From: an uncultured Clostridia bacterium
GTDB lineage: Bacteria; Bacillota; Clostridia; Oscillospirales; Ruminococcaceae
Reading direction: 5' to 3'
DNA length: 64,000 bases
Assembly: GCA_947626755.1 (NCBI GenBank)
Contig: CANQTP010000008.1
Coordinates: 14,786-78,785, forward strand
Positions within the stretch are counted from its first letter, which is position 1. The number at the start of each line of letters is the position of its first letter. The notes under the pieces were generated by a model. That model was not told the DNA's origin. It did not search any database and worked only from the letters and a program-made list of their open reading frames with translations. This document shows positions 57,964 to 64,000 of this stretch, one piece after another. The position numbers and the translations under genes were made by a program.

Positions 57964-57990
57964 TTAGCACTCTTGCTTTGAGAGTGCTAA
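57964..57990. promoter_or_regulatory. perfect CIRCE palindrome (HrcA operator consensus), also a bidirectional terminator-like hairpin
   Basis: TTAGCACTC-ttgctttga-GAGTGCTAA. T-runs follow on both strands. Confidence 0.7.
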
Positions 57991-58011
57991 TTTTATTTTT
58001 GATAAACGATC

Positions 58012-58704
58012 TTAACTATCCGACTTGTGCGATTTTTTATAAAAATAGTATGCAATGCTTGACCCTGCCGCAAATACAACTTCGCAGATTATGGATACCC
58101 AGAATTTAGGGGACTTGGGATCGTCAACGCTTGAACCCATAAGCGTTGTGGTTATAAGTCCCGGAAGTATTCCAAGAAAAGAACCCGCAAAGTATTTTAT
58201 GGGCGAAAATCCTGTGGAGCCGAGGAACATACTTACAATGTCACAGGGCAGAATGTTTATTACCCGCAGGAAAAATGCTATGAAAAACTCATTTTCCGAC
58301 TGAAATTCGCGGAGCTTGTCCGCATTCTTGTTTTTGCTGATGAGCCTTTCCACAAATTCCCGCTCCGCAAAACGTCCTATAAGATACGGCAGAGCAAGCA
58401 TTACCAGAACGCCGCAGACGTTTACAAGAAGCGCGGCAAAATAATTGGGAAAAATGCTTCCCGAAGCGGCTATCAGTATCAGCATGGGGAAGAACATCGA
58501 CAGTGATTTCAGTCCGAAAAGTCCTATCATCACAACTGCCGCAAGCCACAGGTTCTCGGGGGTGAATTCAAGTATATGCTCGATAGTGACCCCGCGGAAA
58601 AATTTAAAGTATATCAGTACGCATAACCCGACCATTATGATAGGTGCTATCTGAATTATGCGTTTCAACAGTTCCGTAAATCGTTTTTTTGTCAAAATAT
58701 TCAT
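58012..58704 (-). CDS. TVP38/TMEM64 (DedA-related) family membrane protein
   Basis: Polytopic, 230 aa, VTT-domain-like pattern (FFPMLILIAASGSIF..). Confidence 0.6.
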   Translation of the reverse strand: MNILTKKRFTELLKRIIQIAPIIMVGLCVLIYFKFFRGVTIEHILEFTPENLWLAAVVMIGLFGLKSLSMFFPMLILIAASGSIFPNYFAALLVNVCGVLVMLALPYLIGRFAEREFVERLISKNKNADKLREFQSENEFFIAFFLRVINILPCDIVSMFLGSTGFSPIKYFAGSFLGILPGLITTTLMGSSVDDPKSPKFWVSIICEVVFAAGSSIAYYFYKKSHKSDS

Positions 58705-58729
58705 CTCCCGTCGTTACATAAGCAGCTTA

Positions 58730-60286
58730 TTACATAAGCGGCGCAAAAACTCTCAGTATACGCCCGATAAGTTTTTTGAGAATGTTGTATTTTTTGCAGT
58801 CCTCAAGGGTTATCAGACAGCACTTTTTCATGGTCTCCAGCATATCCGTCTCAACATCGCGGACAACTTCGCAGCGGTAGAAACGGCAGGCACATTCAAA
58901 ATGCAGGAACAGGCTCCTGTAATCAAGATTTATCGAGCCAACCACTGCGATCATATCATCGCTGACAAATTCCTTTGCGTGGATAAATCCCGGAGTGTAT
59001 TCGTAAATTTTCACCCCCGCGGAAATGAGTTCTCCGTAATAGGAGCGGGCAAGGATATACGCATACTGCTTATCGGGTATGTGGGGCATTATTATGGAAA
59101 CGTCCACTCCCCTCTTTGCTGCAAACGTAAGCGCACGGCTCATTTCCTCGTCAAGAATGAGATATGGCGTCATTATATGAACGTACCTTTCCGCACGGTC
59201 AAGAATGTCCAGATATACATTTTTTCCCACATTTTCATTATCAAGAGGACTGTCGCCGTAAGGCAGCACAAAGCCCTCCCCTGCTTGGAAATCATGCCTG
59301 ATGTGGGTAGTGTAAACAGCAAAATCGTCCTCGCTTTTTTCGGAAATGTTCCAGTTTTGCAGGAACATGGCTGTAAAACTTTTCGCCGCGTCCCCTTTTA
59401 CCATAACGGCGGTATCTTTCCAGTGTCCGAAGCGTTCAAACTTATTGATATACTCGTCCGCAAGATTTATTCCCCCGGTAAATGCCGTATGTCCGTCAAT
59501 TACAAGTATCTTGCGGTGATCGCGGTTGTTCTGTATGGTGGTAAGAACGGGCTTTATGGGCGAGAATACCTTGCATTTTATGCCGCGGGCGGCAAGCTTT
59601 TTGGGGTAATTGTAGGGAACAAGCACAAGGCTGCTCATTCCGTCATACATGAAGCGGACGTCCACACCCTGCTTGGATTTCCGCTCGAGAATTTCAAGTA
59701 TCGTGTCCCACATTTCCCCGTGTTCCACAATGAAAAACTCCAAGAAAATGAATTTCTCGGCTTTTTCCAGTTCGCGGACAATGGCGTGGAAAGCGTCCTC
59801 TCCAAGGGGAAAATACTCCGCTCCCGTATCACGGAAAACGGGAAAACCCGCGTATTTTTTCATATAGACCGCAAGATTTTTCTCATTTTTGCTTACCGTT
59901 TCCAGTTCGGCAAGGACATTTTCGTCCTGCGGGATAAACGGCGCAGTCTTTCCGATAAGCTCTATAATGCGCTTGTTCATTATACGAGTACCCAGTTCCA
60001 GACGGACAAAAATATAAAGCACCGTTCCGAAGATAGGCACAAGCATTACAGGAACGACCCACGCAAGCTTGTAATAAGGGTTTGTCTTGTCGTTTATAAT
60101 GCAGACCAGCGCGATCAGGGACATTACCGACATTGCCGCGCTGAAAAATACATAGTGACTGCTGAAATATATAAGCGCCGTCAGTACAAATGCCACTTGC
60201 AGGGCAAGTCCCAGAACGACTATCAGCGTTCTTCCGAAAATTATTCTTACAAGGCTTTTGAGTTTTCTCTTGGTTTTTTTATTCAT
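58730..60286 (-). CDS. cls: cardiolipin synthase
   Basis: Two N-terminal TM helices and two PLD HKD motifs (HRKILVIDG.., HAKEFVSDD..). ATG 60286 preferred over the longer ORF. Confidence 0.88.
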   Translation of the reverse strand: MNKKTKRKLKSLVRIIFGRTLIVVLGLALQVAFVLTALIYFSSHYVFFSAAMSVMSLIALVCIINDKTNPYYKLAWVVPVMLVPIFGTVLYIFVRLELGTRIMNKRIIELIGKTAPFIPQDENVLAELETVSKNEKNLAVYMKKYAGFPVFRDTGAEYFPLGEDAFHAIVRELEKAEKFIFLEFFIVEHGEMWDTILEILERKSKQGVDVRFMYDGMSSLVLVPYNYPKKLAARGIKCKVFSPIKPVLTTIQNNRDHRKILVIDGHTAFTGGINLADEYINKFERFGHWKDTAVMVKGDAAKSFTAMFLQNWNISEKSEDDFAVYTTHIRHDFQAGEGFVLPYGDSPLDNENVGKNVYLDILDRAERYVHIMTPYLILDEEMSRALTFAAKRGVDVSIIMPHIPDKQYAYILARSYYGELISAGVKIYEYTPGFIHAKEFVSDDMIAVVGSINLDYRSLFLHFECACRFYRCEVVRDVETDMLETMKKCCLITLEDCKKYNILKKLIGRILRVFAPLM

Positions 60287-60552
60287 TAATATCCTATTCC
60301 TTAAAAAATGCTTTTTGACTATTTTATACAAATAACAGCATAAAAATTTATCTATAAATACATTATAAACCTTATTTTGCATAATGTCAAGTAATTTTAA
60401 AGGCTTAATATGTGACAATATGATGAAAAATTAAAAATCATATTGTTATTTGTGAGATTTTGTGGTATACTTGAATATGGATATTTATATGCAAAAATTT
60501 TGCAGGCATGAATTTGGACGGGAAACCGCCCAAAGAAAGGAGCATAACATTA

Positions 60553-61554
60553 ATGTCAGGTTATGTGGGAACAAGATGCATGGTTTGCAGTGAGAAATTC
60601 ACATCGGAGGACGATGTTGTCATATGTCCCGAATGCGGAACTCCGTACCACAGGGAATGCTATGAAAAAAGCGGAAAGTGCGTGAATACTGTTCTCCATC
60701 AGAGCGGCGGCGAGTGGAGACCGTCCTATGACGTAGGAATGGGCGATGCTGCCGAGAAGGAAACTGTCTGCACGTTCTGCGGATATACCAATCCGCCGCT
60801 GACGCTTTTCTGCCGCAGGTGCGGTATGCCGACTCCCGGAATAAACAATGACGACAGCGTTCATGAACAGCGTTACGGCGGCGTGAATATCAACGATGAT
60901 CCGAACGCTTACAACCGCAATGCCAACGGTGGACTGATTATGGATCCGTTTTTTGTAAATTTCTCCGATCCGCTGTGCGGGTTCAGTCCCGATGAAGATT
61001 TTGAAGGCGTGAAAATGTCGGAGATCGGCGATTATGTGGGAACGAACACTCACTACTATCTGCCGCTGTTCAAGCAGTTCAAGGAATGGGGCAGGAAGTT
61101 CAGCCTGAATCTCAGCGCAATGCTTTTCCCGGAATTTTACTTTGCTTATAGGAAAATGCCGCTTCTTGCGCTGGGAGCGTTAATACTGCGATTCCTTTCG
61201 CGGATACCGCAGTTCATATATCTTTTTGCGGAAACTTCGGGATACGGAATGTTATCCGAACTCGCATCACGGTTCGATGTGAGAAGCTCAGCATTCAGCG
61301 GAGTAATGTTCATAGGAACAGCTATATACTATGTGCTGATGTTCACCTTCGGATTTTTCGGCAACAGGATATACTATGAAAATGTTCTCAAACGGATACG
61401 CCATATAAAAGAAACTTTAGGCGAACAGTGCCGATATGAAATTTCACGCAGCGGCGGAACTTCCGCGCTGTGGCTGACGTTGTTCATATGTCTTTCGGCA
61501 ATACCCTATCTGGCAATATATTTCATGCAGTTTACAAACATTCTCAGCAATTAA
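60553..61554 (+). CDS. membrane protein with N-terminal RING-like (Prok-RING_1-type) zinc finger, zinc ribbon and DUF2628-like TM region
   Basis: CMVC-x12-CPECGTPYHRECYEKSGKC, then CTFC..CRRC, then about 4 TM helices. AAAGGAG SD. Confidence 0.6.
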   Translation: MSGYVGTRCMVCSEKFTSEDDVVICPECGTPYHRECYEKSGKCVNTVLHQSGGEWRPSYDVGMGDAAEKETVCTFCGYTNPPLTLFCRRCGMPTPGINNDDSVHEQRYGGVNINDDPNAYNRNANGGLIMDPFFVNFSDPLCGFSPDEDFEGVKMSEIGDYVGTNTHYYLPLFKQFKEWGRKFSLNLSAMLFPEFYFAYRKMPLLALGALILRFLSRIPQFIYLFAETSGYGMLSELASRFDVRSSAFSGVMFIGTAIYYVLMFTFGFFGNRIYYENVLKRIRHIKETLGEQCRYEISRSGGTSALWLTLFICLSAIPYLAIYFMQFTNILSN

Positions 61555-61601
61555 TTACGCCGATCATTGACGGGGTAAAAAAATAAAGGAGATATTTAAA
61601 A

Positions 61602-62471
61602 ATGAAGGTAAAAAAAGCGGTCATAACTGCGGCGGGGTACGGTACAAGAATGCTGCCCGCGACCAAGGCAATGCCCAAGGAAATGCTTCCTATTCTTGAC
61701 AAGCCTGCGATCCAGTACATTGTGGAAGAATGTGTAAGGGCGGGAATAACCGACATACTGATAATTCTTTCCAGAGGCAAGCACGTTGTAGAGGATCATT
61801 TTGACAGAATGCCCGATCTGGAACGCCAGCTTGAAGCAGGCGGCAAGGACGAGCTTTGCGCAGAAATAAAATGCATAGCATCAATGGCGAACATTTCATA
61901 TGTACGTCAGGCGGAGCAGCTGGGACTGGGTCACGCTGTACTTTGTGCAAAGAATTTTGCGGGAAACGATCCGATAGCAGTTCTTTACGGAGACGACGTC
62001 ATTATCGGCGAAGATCCCGCCATCGCACAGCTTTGCAGAGCCTATGAAAAATACGGCAAGGGCGTTGCAGGCATAAGGGAAGTTCCCACCGAGGACGTAA
62101 TAAGATATTCTTCCATGAAGCTTACAGAAATGCCCGATGGGTACTTTGAGATAACCGACATGATCGAAAAGCCTTCAAAAGAGCAGATGTTTTCAAATTA
62201 CGCTATTCTTGGAAGGTGTGTTCTTCCGCCCGAAATATTCACCATTCTGGAAAATACTCCTTACGGCAGAAACAACGAACTTCAGCTTACAGACGCCATG
62301 AAGCAGCTTGCAGTTTCAAAAGGAATGATCGGCGTAGATTTCACGGGAACGCGCTATGATATGGGAAACAAACTCAGCGCGTTAAAAGCAAGCATCGAAA
62401 CGGGACTTGTGCGGGAGGACATTGGCGGAGAACTGCGGGAATATATTAAAGAACTGGCAAAAACTTTGTGA
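61602..62471 (+). CDS. galU: UTP--glucose-1-phosphate uridylyltransferase
   Basis: KKAVITAAGYGTRMLPATKAMPKEMLPILDKPAIQYIVEE. Confidence 0.92.
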   Translation: MKVKKAVITAAGYGTRMLPATKAMPKEMLPILDKPAIQYIVEECVRAGITDILIILSRGKHVVEDHFDRMPDLERQLEAGGKDELCAEIKCIASMANISYVRQAEQLGLGHAVLCAKNFAGNDPIAVLYGDDVIIGEDPAIAQLCRAYEKYGKGVAGIREVPTEDVIRYSSMKLTEMPDGYFEITDMIEKPSKEQMFSNYAILGRCVLPPEIFTILENTPYGRNNELQLTDAMKQLAVSKGMIGVDFTGTRYDMGNKLSALKASIETGLVREDIGGELREYIKELAKTL

Positions 62472-62499
62472 GCCGTCAGAGATCAAAGGAAGAAATAAA

Positions 62500-63273
62500 A
62501 TGTCACTTTTTGAAATAAAAAACCTCCACTGCGGATACGGAAGCACGGAGGTGATAAAAGGCATTTCCCTGACAGTTGCCGAAGGAGAGATAGTTTCAAT
62601 AACAGGTCCCAACGGCTGCGGAAAATCCACACTTCTCAAAGCAGCCTGCGGACTTATACCCATAATGTCAGGCGGCGCATACATAGACGGAGTTTCCGTT
62701 TCTTCAATGCCCGTAAAGGAACGTGCAAAGCGCACAGCTATGCTTTCCCAGACAGGCGCAGGCGGAGATTATTCGGAATATACGGTTTTTGACACGATAA
62801 TGATGGGACGTTACGCGCGGCACAAAGGCGGAATGTTCTCCGAAGCGTCGGTAGAAGATACCGAGACTGTGGAGAGATGCATTTCCGAAGCAGGACTTTC
62901 AGGTCTGGAAGAACGGCTGATAACCGAACTTTCGGGCGGACAGCTGCAAAGAGTGTTCCTTGCAAGGGCGTTTGCGCAGGAGCCTGATATAATTTTTCTG
63001 GACGAGCCTGCCAATCATCTTGATCTGAAACATCAGACCGAACTTTACGAACTTCTCCACAAATGGACAGGAAATGGAAAATCTGCAATAGGAGTTTTCC
63101 ACGATCTAAGTCTTGCGGCGGCAGTTTCCGACAGGATAATGCTCATGCAGGACGGAAGATCCGTTCTTTGCGGCGAGCCGCGGGAAATTCTCCGCTCAGA
63201 AAAGCTGAACGAGGTTTTTGAGACCGATGTAAGGGCATACATGAAAAAACTTTCGGAAATGTGGAACGTTTAA
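62500..63273 (+). CDS. ABC transporter ATP-binding protein (FecE/FepC-like), no adjacent permease
   Basis: Walker A GPNGCGKST, signature LSGGQLQRV, Walker B IIFLDEP. Confidence 0.85.
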   Translation: MSLFEIKNLHCGYGSTEVIKGISLTVAEGEIVSITGPNGCGKSTLLKAACGLIPIMSGGAYIDGVSVSSMPVKERAKRTAMLSQTGAGGDYSEYTVFDTIMMGRYARHKGGMFSEASVEDTETVERCISEAGLSGLEERLITELSGGQLQRVFLARAFAQEPDIIFLDEPANHLDLKHQTELYELLHKWTGNGKSAIGVFHDLSLAAAVSDRIMLMQDGRSVLCGEPREILRSEKLNEVFETDVRAYMKKLSEMWNV

Positions 63274-63276
63274 AAA

Positions 63277-63315
63277 TATCCCCGTCTTTTGCAAGGCGGG
63301 GATAAGTTTTATTTT
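63277..63315. terminator. bidirectional hairpin terminator
   Basis: TATCCCCG..CGGGGATA followed by a T-rich run. Confidence 0.65.
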
Positions 63316-64000
63316 ACTATCAGCGATTTTCCTGTCATTTCTTTCGGCTGGGGAAGTCCGAGAATTTCAAGCATTGTAGGACAGATGTCCGCTAAAACGC
63401 CGCCTTCGCGGAGTTTGAAGTCCGTACCATATCCAACAACTATAAGCGGAACAGGGTTTGTGGTGTGTGCGGTAAAGGGCGAACCGTCCGCTTCCATGAG
63501 CTTGTCGGCGTTGCCGTGGTCGGCTGTGATGATAGCCGCGCCGCCTTTTTCAAGGATAGCGGAAACCATTCTTCCAACGCACTCGTCAACAGCTTCTACG
63601 GCTTTCTTTGCAGCGTCAAAAACGCCTGTATGTCCGACCATGTCGCAGTTTGCATAGTTCAGAATGATAACATCGTATTTATCGGAAGCAATTGCTTTCT
63701 CCACCGCATCGGTAACCTCGTAAGCGCTCATTTCGGGCTTCATGTCAAATGTGGCAACTTTCGGGGAATCTATCAGAATGCGATCCTCGCCCTCGAATGT
63801 GGTCTCCTCGCCGCCGTTGAAGAAGAATGTAACGTGAGCATACTTCTGCGTTTCGGCAATACGGAGCTGAGTCATTCCCTGCTTGCTGATATATTCGCCC
63901 ATGGTCATTACAAGCTGCTCGGGCGGGAAAGCAACAGAAACATTTGGCATTTCCGCGTCATACTGCGCCATGCAGACAAATTTTACGGGGAAGAAGCCTT
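63309..64000 (-). CDS. gpmI: 2,3-bisphosphoglycerate-independent phosphoglycerate mutase, C-terminal part (continues beyond the window)
   Basis: ..[12 protein letters not shown]...ITADHGNAD...HTTNPVP.. motifs. Confidence 0.88.
   Translation of the reverse strand, partial: GFFPVKFVCMAQYDAEMPNVSVAFPPEQLVMTMGEYISKQGMTQLRIAETQKYAHVTFFFNGGEETTFEGEDRILIDSPKVATFDMKPEMSAYEVTDAVEKAIASDKYDVIILNYANCDMVGHTGVFDAAKKAVEAVDECVGRMVSAILEKGGAAIITADHGNADKLMEADGSPFTAHTTNPVPLIVVGYGTDFKLREGGVLADICPTMLEILGLPQPKEMTGKSLIVK

Noticed and set aside
58658-60289. 543-aa ORF on the + strand
   Set aside because: It is antisense to cardiolipin synthase, which has clear HKD motifs, and has no motifs of its own. Shadow ORF.

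Overview
Chromosomal segment of a spore-forming Firmicute, Clostridia-like by gene order and signals (hfq-miaA-mutL-mutS-ylbF-miaB, dnaD/dnaI-like pair, spoIIGA-sigE-sigG, rpsF-ssb-rpsR, smpB-ssrA, clpB, asnS, guaA). Most of the window is housekeeping genes, glycoside hydrolases, transporters and a diguanylate cyclase. Three zones are unusual. (1) 13.55-18.5 kb holds a tandem array of three paralogous TIR-domain genes (two TIR-TM-MORN, one TIR plus double zinc ribbon) and a decayed fourth copy, with no recognisable partner effector. This is my best candidate for an undescribed system. (2) 38.9-43.1 kb holds an AT-rich type II restriction-modification island (beta-class MTase with a degenerate SNase-like tail, C protein, REase). 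It is bracketed by 61-bp direct repeats spaced 3300 bp apart that duplicate the guaA 3' end and terminator, and a macro-domain gene follows it. (3) 57.36-57.99 kb, directly 3' of tmRNA, holds one inverted and three tandem 133-bp copies of a structured repeat with heptamer-run ends. Relatives sit at 35.0 kb and 21.1 kb, and an orphan perfect CIRCE palindrome lies next to the array. I saw no CRISPR array, rRNA, tRNA, integrase or transposase. All family calls come from motif recognition by eye; no searches were run.
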